In this document: positions 18,832 through 29,322 of the stretch, in pieces
Layout: each line of letters opens with the position of its first letter
Position numbering within the stretch: position 1 is the first letter of the stretch
Source of the DNA: a bacterium
GTDB lineage: Bacteria; UBP18; UBA7526
Reading direction: 5' to 3'
Assembly (NCBI GenBank): GCA_030615855.1
Contig: JAUWYL010000001.1
Coordinates: 203,008-252,441 of the forward strand
Length of the DNA stretch: 49,434 nucleotides
Notes under the pieces: generated by a model
What the model saw: only the letters and a program-made list of their open reading frames with translations
Told to the model about the DNA's origin: nothing
The model's database searches: none
Translations under genes and position numbers: made by a program

Positions 18832-19016
18832 CCAGCGAACAGTAACCAGAAAAACCACAGAATATCAGTATATCAGAACATCAGAATGAGAATTCAGAAT
18901 ACCAGATTTAATTTTATAATCTGACTTTCTGATAACTGACCTTCTCTATCTGGTAATCTGGTTATCTGATGCTCTTTTATTTTTTGCTGTTAACTGTAAA
19001 CTGGTTACTGGTTACT
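18821..19016. repeat. Family B palindromic element, inverted relative to 44491-44696
   Basis: Roughly 90% identical by eye to the reverse complement of 44491-44696; supplies the pgpA stop. Confidence 0.9.
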
Positions 19017-19047
19017 TCAGGATACACTGGTTACTTTGAGGTAGATA

Positions 19048-20286
19048 ATGAATGCTGAGATAATCTCTATTGGATCTGAGCATCTCCTAGGCGAGATACT
19101 AAATACCGATGCCCCTTATCTCTGCCAAAGATTGACTGCCTTAGGGATTGAGGTTGAGAGAGAGATTACCGTTGGGGATGATGAGAAAAGCATTACTTCT
19201 TCCTTAGAAGAGGCTCTGAGACGGGTCAGGATAGTGATTACCATTGGAGGCTTGGGCCCTACTCCGGATGATTTGACGAAGAAGGTAATCGCCAAAGGGG
19301 CAGAAGAACAACTAGTTCTGAATGAGGAGATCCTCTCTGAGATTGAGGGGAAGTTTAAAGAGGAGGGGAAGCCCATGCCTTCAGATAATATAAAGCAAGC
19401 CTTCCTTCCCAGGGATTCTCATCCCCTGAAAAACAGAATAGGTATTGCTCCAGGCTTCATTTTAGAGACCAGGAACAGGATAATTGTTGCTCTCCCCGGT
19501 CCATACAATGAGTTGGTTTCCATGTTTGAAGAAAAGGTTATCCCTTATCTTGAGGAAAGGCTCAAAGTAAGAGAAGTCATCAAATCTTTGATTCTGCGTA
19601 CTACAGGCCTTCCAGAATCAAAGGTGGCTGAGAAACTGAAGGACATCCTGAAGAAGAGTAAGAACCCTCAAATCTCCCTTTTGGCCCATGAGAATATTGT
19701 TGATATTAGATTGACAGCAAAGGCCGGGGATGAAAAGACAGGGGAGAAGCTGAATGAAGGGATGGGGAAGAAGATTAGCAAACGACTAGGGAACTACATC
19801 TTTGGAACAGGGAAGCAGACCCTGGAAGAGGTCATTGGATATCTCTTATATATGCGCAAGAAGACCATCGCCGTTGCTGAGTCCTGCACCGGAGGGCTCA
19901 TCTCTCATAGATTGACCAATGTTTCCGGTTCCTCCGATTATTTTCTAGGAAGCGTAGTAGCCTATAGCAATAGAATGAAAAGAGATCGGTTGGGGGTAAA
20001 GAAGACCACTCTTGAGAAGTATGGAACAGTGAGTGAGAAGGTGGCAGGAGAGATGGCGAAAGGAATAAAGAAAGTTGTCAGGTCAGACTTTGGATTGGGG
20101 ATTACCGGCATCGCTGGTCCTACCGGTGCCACAGAAGAAAAACCCATTGGTCTAGTCTATATTGCTCTGGCCTATAAGAATAAGGTAGAGATAAGAGAGT
20201 TCAAGTTCCGGGGAGAAAGAGGGGTAATCAAGGCCAAGGCGGCTAATGCTGCCTTAGATATGGTGAGAAGGCATTTACTGAAGTAA
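19048..20286 (+). CDS. cinA: Competence/damage-inducible protein CinA (MoCF-like domain plus NMN deamidase)
   Basis: GGLGPTPDDLT, LPGP, AESCTGG, GITGIAGP motifs. Confidence 0.95.
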   Translation: MNAEIISIGSEHLLGEILNTDAPYLCQRLTALGIEVEREITVGDDEKSITSSLEEALRRVRIVITIGGLGPTPDDLTKKVIAKGAEEQLVLNEEILSEIEGKFKEEGKPMPSDNIKQAFLPRDSHPLKNRIGIAPGFILETRNRIIVALPGPYNELVSMFEEKVIPYLEERLKVREVIKSLILRTTGLPESKVAEKLKDILKKSKNPQISLLAHENIVDIRLTAKAGDEKTGEKLNEGMGKKISKRLGNYIFGTGKQTLEEVIGYLLYMRKKTIAVAESCTGGLISHRLTNVSGSSDYFLGSVVAYSNRMKRDRLGVKKTTLEKYGTVSEKVAGEMAKGIKKVVRSDFGLGITGIAGPTGATEEKPIGLVYIALAYKNKVEIREFKFRGERGVIKAKAANAALDMVRRHLLK

Positions 20287-20385
20287 CCAGTTAACATCGG
20301 TTAATAGTGGTTAACAACAGTTAATAACAGTTGTTTTTTAAGGGGGTAACCGATATTAACAGTTTTTAACCGATATTAACTATAT
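20283..20385. repeat. 10-mer palindromic element (GTTAAYAWCR / TAACCGATAT)
   Basis: cagttaacat cggttaatag tggttaacaa cagttaataa ... taaccgatat taacagtttt taaccgatat taactat. Confidence 0.75.
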
Positions 20386-20416
20386 ACTTATTACTTCTAA
20401 TAAACGGAGTAAAGGA

Positions 20417-20980
20417 GTGGAGAAGATCAGGACATTCATTGCTATAAAACTAACCCCAGAGATATCGTCGAATATTAGTAAGCTCCAAGAAGAATTAAAG
20501 AAAACCAGTGCCCAGGTTAAATGGGTGAAGCCAGAGAATATCCATCTCACCCTGAAGTTCTTAGGCCATGTTACTCCAGAAGAATTAGAGAAGGTTAAAC
20601 TTATTACAAAGGAGACCCTGGAACCTTTTGCCCCCTTTGAAGTAAGCATCTCTGGCTTGGGCGCCTTCCCTAAGATAAAGTATCCCAGGGTAATCTGGGT
20701 GGGAGTAGATCAGGGAAAGGAAGAATTGAAGCGAATGGTTTCTAATCTGGAAGAGAGATTAGCGAGAATTGGTTTTGCCAAAGAGAAGAGACCCTTCAGC
20801 CCCCACCTCACACTGGGAAGGGTGAAGTCTTCCAAAGGAAGAGAGAGATTAATAGAGGCCTTGAGTTTAGTAAAAGCCTCTAATCTGGGAAATATGAGAG
20901 TAACTAAGATATCCATTATGAAGAGCGAATTGAGACCTGAAGGTCCGATCTATACTATATTAGAAGAAACAGTCTTATAA
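20417..20980 (+). CDS. thpR: RNA 2',3'-cyclic phosphodiesterase (2H family)
   Basis: RTFIAI, HLTLKFLG and PHLTLGR 2H motifs; cinA-thpR-recA context. Confidence 0.95.
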   Translation: MEKIRTFIAIKLTPEISSNISKLQEELKKTSAQVKWVKPENIHLTLKFLGHVTPEELEKVKLITKETLEPFAPFEVSISGLGAFPKIKYPRVIWVGVDQGKEELKRMVSNLEERLARIGFAKEKRPFSPHLTLGRVKSSKGRERLIEALSLVKASNLGNMRVTKISIMKSELRPEGPIYTILEETVL

Positions 20981-20985
20981 AAGCT

Positions 20986-22788
20986 ATGAAAAAATCTATA
21001 CCGTTCCTAATAATCTCAGTCTTTCTTATCATGGGTGCTACTTCCTCCTTTGCGGCCAAGAAGAGAGTGGCGGTTATGTGCTTTACCAATTTGACTAAAG
21101 AGAAGGAGATGGATTGGCTCTCCTCTGGTATTGCCGAGGCCCTAACCCATAAGCTCAAGGAGTTCGGTGAATTAGAGGTAGTGGAGCAGAGTGAGATAAG
21201 AAAGGTTTTGGAGCGCTTAAAGATACGCATGGAGATTGGATTATACGAGAGGGTTGCCCGGATATTGGATGTCGATCTTTTGGTGGTGGGGGCTTTTCAG
21301 ATATCTGAGGGAGAGATCAGGATAACAGCGCGCATGGTAGAAGTGGAGACGGGGAAGATCCTGAAATCTACCATGGTCACGGGGAGCCTGGGCGATATAT
21401 TCAAGTTGCAGGATCAACTGACTTTTGCTACTGCAGATACCCTGGAGATCAGAGTAAAGACTAAAGTGAAGAAGCGCATTATGAGAAAGCCGACAGATAA
21501 GTTGAGTGCTTATAAGTGGTTCAGTAAGGCCTGCGATTATGATAACCACGTGGCTACTTATGACCAGGCCCTCTTCTCTTATCAGAAGGCCTTGGAGATA
21601 GACCCCCGCTATGCTGATGCCTATAATAACTTAGGAGTCCTTTATTATAAGAAGGGCAGATATGGAGAGGCGATAGAAGAGCTTAAGAAGGCAATAGAAA
21701 TTACTCCTGATTATCCGGGGGCTCGGTTTATGGAAAAGAGCATAAGTGAATTAGAGAGGGAGGTAGAGAAAAGACCAGATGATATCCGTGCCCATTGGGA
21801 GCTCGCCTTCCGCTACCAGAAGAGGGGCTACCCTGGCTTAGCTACTTTAGAATTCAGGGAAGTAATAAGAATAAATCCCAGAATTGCAGAGGCCCATTAT
21901 CAACTGGGGCGCTATTATCTAAGCATTGGTCAAGAAGAAAAGACCATTATAGAATATGAAGAAGCCTTAGCCCTCAAGAGTAAAAAGGAAAAGAAGATAA
22001 GGGATACCCTCTACACGCTCTGCCGCAATAGAGGGATAATCTATTATCAACAGGAGGAGTATCAAAAAGCGCTTGAACTACTTAAAAAAGCGCTGGAGAT
22101 TAAAGAAGAGAAAGAGATCGCAGAATTAGTCGTTAAAGCCCAAAGAGAGTTGAAACGCTATAAGAGAAGACCACCCGATGCTTCCTCTTATCTTAAATAT
22201 GGAATTACCTATTACAAATATGGTCAATACCCTTTCGCTATAAAGGAACTAACGAAAGCAATAGATCTGGATCCAAAATTGGTAGATGCTCACACCTGTT
22301 TGGGGCTGGCTTATATGGAAGTGAGAGAGGACCAGAAAGCAATGTATGAATTCAAGGAGGCAATAAGATTAGATCCTAATTCCAGCCAGGCCCATCTGGG
22401 ACTTGGGAACTGGTATCGCCTTTATGGCCTCTATGATGAGGCAATGATTGAGCTCAAGAAAGCAACAAAGTTAGATCCTCTGTGTGAGGATGCCTACTAT
22501 ATCATGGCCTTAGCCTATAAAGAGAAAGGGATTCAGGAACAGATGGTGAAGACCCTGGCAAGGCAGTACCTTGAAGAAGGAGAGAGTTATCACCGCCAAG
22601 GCCTGGCAAGCACTGCTTACCTTAAAGCAGAGAGGGCGCTCAGCTTGGCGGATAAGGATAGCCAGATTGCCTCTCGGGCAAGAAGCATTATGGACAGGAC
22701 AAAAGGAGTCAGGGCAAGAGAAATAGCCGAGGAGAAGAGGAAAAGGGAGAGATACTTAGAAGCATTAGCAGAAAGAAGAATGAGATAA
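20986..22788 (+). CDS. Exported TPR protein with an N-terminal CsgG/FlgO/TolB-N-like domain
   Basis: Signal peptide; VAVMCFTN...GIAEAL...ITARMVEVETG domain; many TPRs (AYNNLG, AHYQLG, AHTCLG). Confidence 0.8.
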   Translation: MKKSIPFLIISVFLIMGATSSFAAKKRVAVMCFTNLTKEKEMDWLSSGIAEALTHKLKEFGELEVVEQSEIRKVLERLKIRMEIGLYERVARILDVDLLVVGAFQISEGEIRITARMVEVETGKILKSTMVTGSLGDIFKLQDQLTFATADTLEIRVKTKVKKRIMRKPTDKLSAYKWFSKACDYDNHVATYDQALFSYQKALEIDPRYADAYNNLGVLYYKKGRYGEAIEELKKAIEITPDYPGARFMEKSISELEREVEKRPDDIRAHWELAFRYQKRGYPGLATLEFREVIRINPRIAEAHYQLGRYYLSIGQEEKTIIEYEEALALKSKKEKKIRDTLYTLCRNRGIIYYQQEEYQKALELLKKALEIKEEKEIAELVVKAQRELKRYKRRPPDASSYLKYGITYYKYGQYPFAIKELTKAIDLDPKLVDAHTCLGLAYMEVREDQKAMYEFKEAIRLDPNSSQAHLGLGNWYRLYGLYDEAMIELKKATKLDPLCEDAYYIMALAYKEKGIQEQMVKTLARQYLEEGESYHRQGLASTAYLKAERALSLADKDSQIASRARSIMDRTKGVRAREIAEEKRKRERYLEALAERRMR

Positions 22789-22800
22789 GGAGGAAATGAG

Positions 22801-23805
22801 ATGGTGAAGAAAGAGGAGAAGATTGAAAAGGCGAAGGAGAAGGCATTGGATTTGACCTTAGAGCAGATTGAGAAGAAGTATGGAAGGGGAGCCATTATGC
22901 GCCTTTCCAAGGAGAGGCCGCTAGAGAAGATTGCGGCCATTCCTACAGGAGCTCTACCCCTTGATCTGGCCTTAGGGATCGGTGGCGTTCCTCGGGGAAG
23001 GGTGGTCGAGCTCTTCGGGGCAGAAGGAGGGGGAAAAACTACCCTCTCTCTCCATATCATCGCCGAGGCCCAGAAGATGGGAGGAGAGGCGGCATTCATT
23101 GATGTGGAACATGCTATGGATCCTGCCTATGCCAGAGAGTTGGAAGTGGACTTAGATCATCTTTTAATCTCTCAGCCAGATTCCGGGGAGCAGGCTTTAG
23201 AGATCACTGAGGCTTTAGTTCGCAGTGGAGCAGTTGATGTCATTGTCATAGATTCTGTTGCTGCTCTAGTTCCCCGAGCAGAGATTGAGGGTGAGATGGG
23301 AGATGCCCAAGTCGGCCTACAGGCTAGGCTCATGTCCCAAGCACTGAGGAAATTAACTTCAGTGATTTCAAAATCCAACACCTGTGTGATATTCATCAAT
23401 CAGATAAGGATGAAGATCGGGGTGATGTATGGTTCTCCCGAGACCACACCGGGGGGAAGGGCACTTAAGTTCTACTCCACAGTACGCATGGATATCAGAA
23501 GGATCGGCCCTATAAAAGAAGGCCCGAATATTATCGGTAATCGCACCGTAGTCAAGATCGCTAAGAACAAGGTCGCCCCTCCCTTTAGGAGAGCGGAATT
23601 TGACATCATCTATGGCAAGGGAATTTCAAAGGAAGGCTGCCTCATCGATCTTGGTTTAGAAAAGGGAATTATCAAGAGATCCGGGGTTTGGTTTTCCTAT
23701 AAGAAAATTAAGGTCGGTCAGGGAAGAGAAGGGGTGAGGAGCTTCTTAAAGAAGAATCCCAAGATAGCCCAGGAGATCGAAAAAGAGATCAAAAAACTAA
23801 TCTAA
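22801..23805 (+). CDS. recA: Recombinase A
   Basis: [62 protein letters not shown]. Confidence 0.99.
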   Translation: MVKKEEKIEKAKEKALDLTLEQIEKKYGRGAIMRLSKERPLEKIAAIPTGALPLDLALGIGGVPRGRVVELFGAEGGGKTTLSLHIIAEAQKMGGEAAFIDVEHAMDPAYARELEVDLDHLLISQPDSGEQALEITEALVRSGAVDVIVIDSVAALVPRAEIEGEMGDAQVGLQARLMSQALRKLTSVISKSNTCVIFINQIRMKIGVMYGSPETTPGGRALKFYSTVRMDIRRIGPIKEGPNIIGNRTVVKIAKNKVAPPFRRAEFDIIYGKGISKEGCLIDLGLEKGIIKRSGVWFSYKKIKVGQGREGVRSFLKKNPKIAQEIEKEIKKLI

Positions 23806-23807
23806 TT

Positions 23808-24000
23808 AGAATTCTAAAATCCTAAGCACGAAATCTCCATCCTCCGCAGTAGCAGGCTACTGCTACGGAGGACGGGCGAAATCCGAAACAATTTCAAATG
23901 ACCAAAATCCAAATGTTCTAAACAAGGACAAATAGTTTTGAATTTTAATATTTGAATTTAGAATTTGTTTAGAATTTAGAGATTAGTATTTCGAATTTTA
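23808..24000. repeat. Family C heptamer palindrome (CGAAATC/CAAATGA arms) with a GC hairpin insert
   Basis: First 30 nt identical to 15891-15920; both end tttcgaattt; different GC hairpin at the same position. Confidence 0.88.
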
Positions 24001-24023
24001 ACAAGCATAACGTAGGAAGAAAA

Positions 24024-24965
24024 ATGCGACAGTCCAATTATTTAGTTACTGGCGGGGCGGGATTCATCGGCTCCCATATCGTGGAAGAATTAATTAGGAG
24101 GGGGGAGAGGGTAAGGGTCCTGGACAACTTTTCTACCGGCAAGAGAGAAAATATTACCCCCTTTTCAAAAGATATTGAACTCATAGAAGGGGATATCAGG
24201 AATCTGACGATAGTCAAAAAAGCCATGCAGGGAACAGACTTTTGTTTGCATCAGGCTGCCCTTCCCTCTGTTCCCAGATCTATTAAAGATCCTATAACTA
24301 CCAACGAGGTAAATGTTTTAGGCACCTTGAATATCTTGATGGCAGCGAAGGAAGCGGGAGTGAAGAAGATAGTCTATGCTTCTTCTTCCTCAGTATATGG
24401 AGATACTCCCAACCTACCCAAGAGAGAAGATACCGTAACTTCTCCCCTCTCTCCCTATGCCTTGAGTAAGTTAGCAGGCGAAGAATATTCTAAGCTCTTT
24501 ACCTCTTTATATGGGCTGGAGACTGTAAGCCTTCGCTACTTCAATGTCTTCGGCCCCCGGCAGGACCCTACCTCTCAGTATGCTGCAGTCATCCCCAAGT
24601 TTATCTCTCTTATGCTGAAAGGGGAAAGGCCCACCATCTATGGGGATGGGAAGCAGTCCCGGGACTTTACCTATGTCTCCAATGTGGTAAATGCCAATCT
24701 ATTGGCTACTACTTCCCAGACCAAAGAAGGGGTCTTCAACATCGCCTGCGGGAAAAAAATTACAGTGAATGAACTAGCGAAGAATTTAAATAGGATTATG
24801 AATACAGACATCAAACCCCTATATACTGGTCCTAGGCCGGGGGATGTCAGACATTCCCAGGCAGATATCTCCAGGGCAGAAGAAGCGCTTGGCTATAAGG
24901 TAGAGGTTGGTTTCGAAAAAGGACTAGAGAAGACAGTGGAATGGTTCCGCAAGCAATTGGAGTAA
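24024..24965 (+). CDS. NAD-dependent nucleotide-sugar epimerase/dehydratase (extended SDR, WbpP/GalE-like)
   Basis: TGGAGFIGS, ASSSSVYG, YALSK, LRYFNVFGPRQD. Confidence 0.93.
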   Translation: MRQSNYLVTGGAGFIGSHIVEELIRRGERVRVLDNFSTGKRENITPFSKDIELIEGDIRNLTIVKKAMQGTDFCLHQAALPSVPRSIKDPITTNEVNVLGTLNILMAAKEAGVKKIVYASSSSVYGDTPNLPKREDTVTSPLSPYALSKLAGEEYSKLFTSLYGLETVSLRYFNVFGPRQDPTSQYAAVIPKFISLMLKGERPTIYGDGKQSRDFTYVSNVVNANLLATTSQTKEGVFNIACGKKITVNELAKNLNRIMNTDIKPLYTGPRPGDVRHSQADISRAEEALGYKVEVGFEKGLEKTVEWFRKQLE

Positions 24966-24967
24966 GT

Positions 24968-26071
24968 ATGCTCACTATTCTGCATACCGAATCGGCTAAG
25001 AGATGGGGTGGCCAGGAAAGGAGGACATTTGCTGAGGCAAGAGAATTTAAGAAGAGAGGCTATCGGGTAATCCTTGCCGTTCAACCGGAAAGTGCTTTGG
25101 GGAAGCATGCTAAAGAGATAGGGATTGAGGTAAGGGAGATAGGAATGGGAAATAGAGATATCGCGAAGGCCTTCTTTCGACTCCTTTCTCTAATAAGGAG
25201 AGAAAGAGTAGATATCGTTAATACCCATTCCTCAAAGGATTCCTGGATAGCATCCTTTGCTGCGCGTCTGGCTCACCAACCAATCCTCCTTAGAACCCGT
25301 CATGTCACTATTCCTATATCAAACCACCCCTTGAATATTGTTTATAAAATGCCCCATAAGATTATCACGGTGAGTAATTATCTCCGAAACACAATGATTC
25401 AAAAGAACAGAATAAAGCCAAAGAAGATCGTTTCTATTCCTACTGCTGTAGATCTGGCGAAATTCGATTTCAATATAAGCGGGAAGAGGGTAAGAGAAGA
25501 ATTAGTAATCAATCCTGAGGTTCCTTTAGTGGGGATGATTGGAGTTATTCGCATGGAAAAAGGTCATCGATATTTTATAGAAGCAGCTCAGAGAATATTA
25601 AAAATAAAACCAGAAGCTAAATTTCTTATTATTGGTCCAGAACCAAAAGGAGAGACCGTTATTCAAAAGGTACGGGAGCTAAAGTTAGAGAAGAAAATTC
25701 TCGTGCTTGGTTTACGCTCTGATACCCCTCAAATTTTAGCTGCTCTAGATATTTTTGTTATGCCTTCTCTGAGAGAAGCTCTGGGTACTGCTCTCTTAGA
25801 GGCTTTGGCTATGAAAAAAGCAGTAGTTGCTACCTGGGTAGGTGGTATTCCGGAGGTAATTATTCATAACCAGACCGGTCTGTTAGTTCCTCCTGCAGAT
25901 GGTAAAGCATTAGCCAGGGCAATCCTCGAATTATTAGAGAATAGAGAGAAGGCAAAGAGATTAGGGGAGAATGGTCGAAGACTGGTAGAGGAGAAGTTCA
26001 GCCAAAAGAGCATGATAGAGAAAATAGAGGACCTTTACCGAGAATTATTAAAGAGAAGAAGAGAGATTTGA
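24968..26071 (+). CDS. Glycosyltransferase family 4
   Basis: WGGQE, VNTHSSKDSW, PSLREALGTALLEALA; start moved to ATG 24968. Confidence 0.9.
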   Translation: MLTILHTESAKRWGGQERRTFAEAREFKKRGYRVILAVQPESALGKHAKEIGIEVREIGMGNRDIAKAFFRLLSLIRRERVDIVNTHSSKDSWIASFAARLAHQPILLRTRHVTIPISNHPLNIVYKMPHKIITVSNYLRNTMIQKNRIKPKKIVSIPTAVDLAKFDFNISGKRVREELVINPEVPLVGMIGVIRMEKGHRYFIEAAQRILKIKPEAKFLIIGPEPKGETVIQKVRELKLEKKILVLGLRSDTPQILAALDIFVMPSLREALGTALLEALAMKKAVVATWVGGIPEVIIHNQTGLLVPPADGKALARAILELLENREKAKRLGENGRRLVEEKFSQKSMIEKIEDLYRELLKRRREI

Positions 26072-27513
26072 AGAAATATCGTATCCTTTTTCTGGTCCTG
26101 CTCTTATCGCTTACCATATTTCGTCTCTTCTATATTAAAAGCTTTAACCTTTGTCCAGATGAGGCCTATTACTGGGATTGGTCAAGGAATCCCTCCCTCT
26201 CTTACTACACTCATCCCCCTATGGTGGCCTACATTATCCATATCTCTACTCTATTAGGAGGGGATAGCGAGTTTTGGATAAGGTTGGGGGCAGTGCCCCT
26301 CAGTTTAGGAGTGAGTATTCTGGTTTATCTTTTGACTCGAGATATCTTCAAAAGCGAAAGGATTGCCTTCTTCTCCGTTCTTCTTTTGAATATTACCTTA
26401 GGATTTGCCATTGGGGCGCTTATCATTACTCCTGATGTTCCCCTGATCTTCTTCTGGATGCTTTCCCTCTACTTTCTCTATAAGGCAAGTGAAGGAGAGA
26501 ATAGGGGCTGGTGGTATCCTTTAGGAGTAGCAGTTGGTCTAGGTCTTTTAAGTAAGTATACTATGGTTCTCTTCTTTCCCTGTGCGCTACTCTTTCTGCT
26601 ATTATCTAGTGAGAACAGGAGATGGTTCAAGTGTAAGGAGCCCTATCTTGCTTTAGCCATTGCTCTTTTGATCTTTACTCCAGTAATCGTCTGGAATTAC
26701 CAGCACAGCTGGGTCTCTTTTACCAAGCAGCTTGTTCATGGTCTGGGAAGAAAAGGTAATCCCTTTCTTAACCTGGGGATTTATTTTGGTTCCCAATTAG
26801 GGGTAGTCTCCCCCTTTCTCTTCTTGGGACTTCTCTATAGCATGGTGAAGGGCCTTCGCCTCGGGATTAAAGAGAGAAGAGACGACATTTTACTCCTATT
26901 CTGCTTTTCTCTACCCATCTTCCTTTTCTTCCTTCTGACCAGTCTGCGTTCCAAGGTGGAGGCCAACTGGCCGGCCATGAGTTATCTCTCAGCAATGGTC
27001 CTCTTAAGTGGCTTTCTCTTTAAAATAGAGAAGAAGAGAAAGAGAATCTTTTTAGTCCTTTTGATCTTTGTCACTAGCCTCTCATTTACCATGTTGGCCT
27101 ACTCCTTTCCCCTCCTCCCCCCTAAAATAAAGCCCATTAATCAGCTCTATGGTTGGAAAGAGTTGGGAAGAGAAGTGAGCAGGCTCAAGGAGAAGATGCC
27201 TGAAGATAGTTTCATCTTTGCTCCTCGACATCAGTTAGCGGCTGAGATCGCTTTCTATACAGATGAGAAATACCAGACCTACGAGATAGATTCCCAGTAT
27301 GGAAAAGATTACTGGGGAAATATCGACTTTCTGAAAGGAAAAGACGCCCTCTTTGTGACCCATAGCGATTATGATAAACTACCCTTCGTTGCCTCTCATT
27401 TCACCTTGCTAAGGAAAGAAAAGGATATCTCCATCTTCCGCAAAGGAGAGAAGATAAAGGCCTTCTCCATCTATCGCTGTCATAACTACCTGGGGGGTCT
27501 ATTCGATGACTAA
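26068..27513 (+). CDS. ArnT/PMT-like (GT83/GT39) membrane glycosyltransferase
   Basis: DEAYYWDWS...YYTHPPMVA, ITPD.PL, GLGLLSKYT, multiple TM helices. Confidence 0.85.
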   Translation: MKKYRILFLVLLLSLTIFRLFYIKSFNLCPDEAYYWDWSRNPSLSYYTHPPMVAYIIHISTLLGGDSEFWIRLGAVPLSLGVSILVYLLTRDIFKSERIAFFSVLLLNITLGFAIGALIITPDVPLIFFWMLSLYFLYKASEGENRGWWYPLGVAVGLGLLSKYTMVLFFPCALLFLLLSSENRRWFKCKEPYLALAIALLIFTPVIVWNYQHSWVSFTKQLVHGLGRKGNPFLNLGIYFGSQLGVVSPFLFLGLLYSMVKGLRLGIKERRDDILLLFCFSLPIFLFFLLTSLRSKVEANWPAMSYLSAMVLLSGFLFKIEKKRKRIFLVLLIFVTSLSFTMLAYSFPLLPPKIKPINQLYGWKELGREVSRLKEKMPEDSFIFAPRHQLAAEIAFYTDEKYQTYEIDSQYGKDYWGNIDFLKGKDALFVTHSDYDKLPFVASHFTLLRKEKDISIFRKGEKIKAFSIYRCHNYLGGLFDD

Positions 27514-28624
27514 GGAATTTGTCAGATCGGACTGCCGCTACTTCCTTGGAGATCGTCCCTGTAGATATCATAAAAAAGAAGGAGTCAAATGCTCTGACTG
27601 TAGATATCATGATCCAATAAAGTTGAGAACCCTCATTATAAAGCTGGGGGCCATGGGTGATGTCTTAAGGACTACTCCTATCTTAGAGGCCTTAAAAGGA
27701 AAGTATAGAGGGAGTAAGATCACCTGGGTTGTGGATGAGGAGTCAAAAGAGTTACTTGAGAATAATCCCTATATCGATGGTATCCTTTCCTATGGCCCGG
27801 AGGCCCTCTCGCACTTACTAGTTGAAGAATTCGATCTGGTCATCAATCTTGATTCCTTACCGAGGAGCGCCTGCCTTGCTTCCCTGGCTAAAGGGAAGAA
27901 GAAATTGGGGTTTGGACTCGATAAAAAAGAGTCTGTCTTTCCTTTCAATAAGGAGGCAGAGGAATGGTTCCGGATGGGGATAGATGACGATTTAAAGAGA
28001 AAGAATAAGAAGACCTATCAGGAAATCGTCTTTAAAATAGCAGGACTTAGATTTAAGAAAGAGAAATTAGTTGTCAATCTGAGAGAAAGAGAGATAGATT
28101 TTGCTAATAAGTTTGCCAAGAAACATAATCTGGGTGGGAAGAAAATTATTGGATTGGCCACGGGTGCAGGAGGAAGGTGGGAACTGAAGAAATGGACCAT
28201 AGAAGGCTATTTAAGACTCATTAAGAAAATAGATAAAGAAATAAAGGATGCCAAGATACTATTATTTGGTGAAAGAGAAGAGATAGGGAGAAATAGAGAG
28301 ATTATGGAACGGTCAAAAGTTCCTCTCATTAATACCGGCCATGAGAATACCTTGAGAGGATTTTTGTCGCTTTTAAACCTTTGCGATTTGGTGGTAACTG
28401 GTGATACCCTGGCGATGCATGCTGCAGTTGCTTTGAGAAAAAAGGTAGTTGTTCTCTTTGGCCCTACATCCTCTGCCGAGGTTGAACTTTATAAAAGAGG
28501 GAAGAAAATTATACCCGATATGGACTGCCTCTCTTGCTATAAAGAAACCTGTGACAAGCATCCTAACTGCATGGAAAGCATCAGCCCCGATATTGTATTT
28601 CAAGCAGTGAAAAAACTCCTATGA
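27506..28624 (+). CDS. GT9 heptosyltransferase-like protein with Cys-rich N-terminus
   Basis: IIKLGAMGDVLRTTP, VTGDTLAMHAAVAL, LFGPT, C-terminal Cys cluster. Confidence 0.88.
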   Translation: MTKEFVRSDCRYFLGDRPCRYHKKEGVKCSDCRYHDPIKLRTLIIKLGAMGDVLRTTPILEALKGKYRGSKITWVVDEESKELLENNPYIDGILSYGPEALSHLLVEEFDLVINLDSLPRSACLASLAKGKKKLGFGLDKKESVFPFNKEAEEWFRMGIDDDLKRKNKKTYQEIVFKIAGLRFKKEKLVVNLREREIDFANKFAKKHNLGGKKIIGLATGAGGRWELKKWTIEGYLRLIKKIDKEIKDAKILLFGEREEIGRNREIMERSKVPLINTGHENTLRGFLSLLNLCDLVVTGDTLAMHAAVALRKKVVVLFGPTSSAEVELYKRGKKIIPDMDCLSCYKETCDKHPNCMESISPDIVFQAVKKLL

Positions 28625-29322
28625 AGACTATGGTCATCATCCCCACCTATAATGAGAGGGAGAACATCGGCCCCTTGCTTGATGAAATTATGAACCTTAA
28701 AGAAAATATCGAGGCTCTGGTGGTAGATGATAACTCTCCGGATGGCACTTGGAGAATAGTAGGAAATTATTCTAAGAAAAACCCTAGAGTTCATCTCTTA
28801 CGGAGAACCTCTGAGAGAGGACGGGGCCTGGCAGGAATAGCAGGATTTAAGTATGCTTTGGAGAATAAAGCAGATTATGTCATTGAGATGGATGGTGATC
28901 TTTCCCACAATCCAAAGTATATCCCAGAGTTCTTGAAAAAGATTGAGGATTGCGATGTAGTCATCGGCTCTCGTCTTCTTCCCGGTGGAGGGGAGGTGGG
29001 AAGAGGGTTTTTAAGGCGTCTAATCACCAGGCTGGCTGCCATCTACGTTAGGATTTTATTAGGATTCAAGGTTACAGATCCTACCTCCGGCTACCGTTGT
29101 TATCGGGGAGAAGTCCTAAGGGCTATAGATATTAAAAGCCTAAAGGCCAGGGATCCTTTCCTCCTCTCTGAGATGCTCCTCAGGTGCTATAAGAAAAGCT
29201 ATAGAATTAAAGAAATCCCCATCCTCTTTCAAAATCGGAAATCCGGTGCTTCTAAGATCGGCTGGAAAATCTTGATAACCTATCTCTTCAAGGTCCTAAA
29301 GTTGAGAGTTAGAGGGAAGTGA
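28621..29322 (+). CDS. Polyprenol monophosphate glycosyltransferase (GT2, Dpm1-like)
   Basis: IIPTYNERENI, VDDNSPDGT, EMDGDLSH, DPTSGYR. Confidence 0.9.
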   Translation: MKTMVIIPTYNERENIGPLLDEIMNLKENIEALVVDDNSPDGTWRIVGNYSKKNPRVHLLRRTSERGRGLAGIAGFKYALENKADYVIEMDGDLSHNPKYIPEFLKKIEDCDVVIGSRLLPGGGEVGRGFLRRLITRLAAIYVRILLGFKVTDPTSGYRCYRGEVLRAIDIKSLKARDPFLLSEMLLRCYKKSYRIKEIPILFQNRKSGASKIGWKILITYLFKVLKLRVRGK

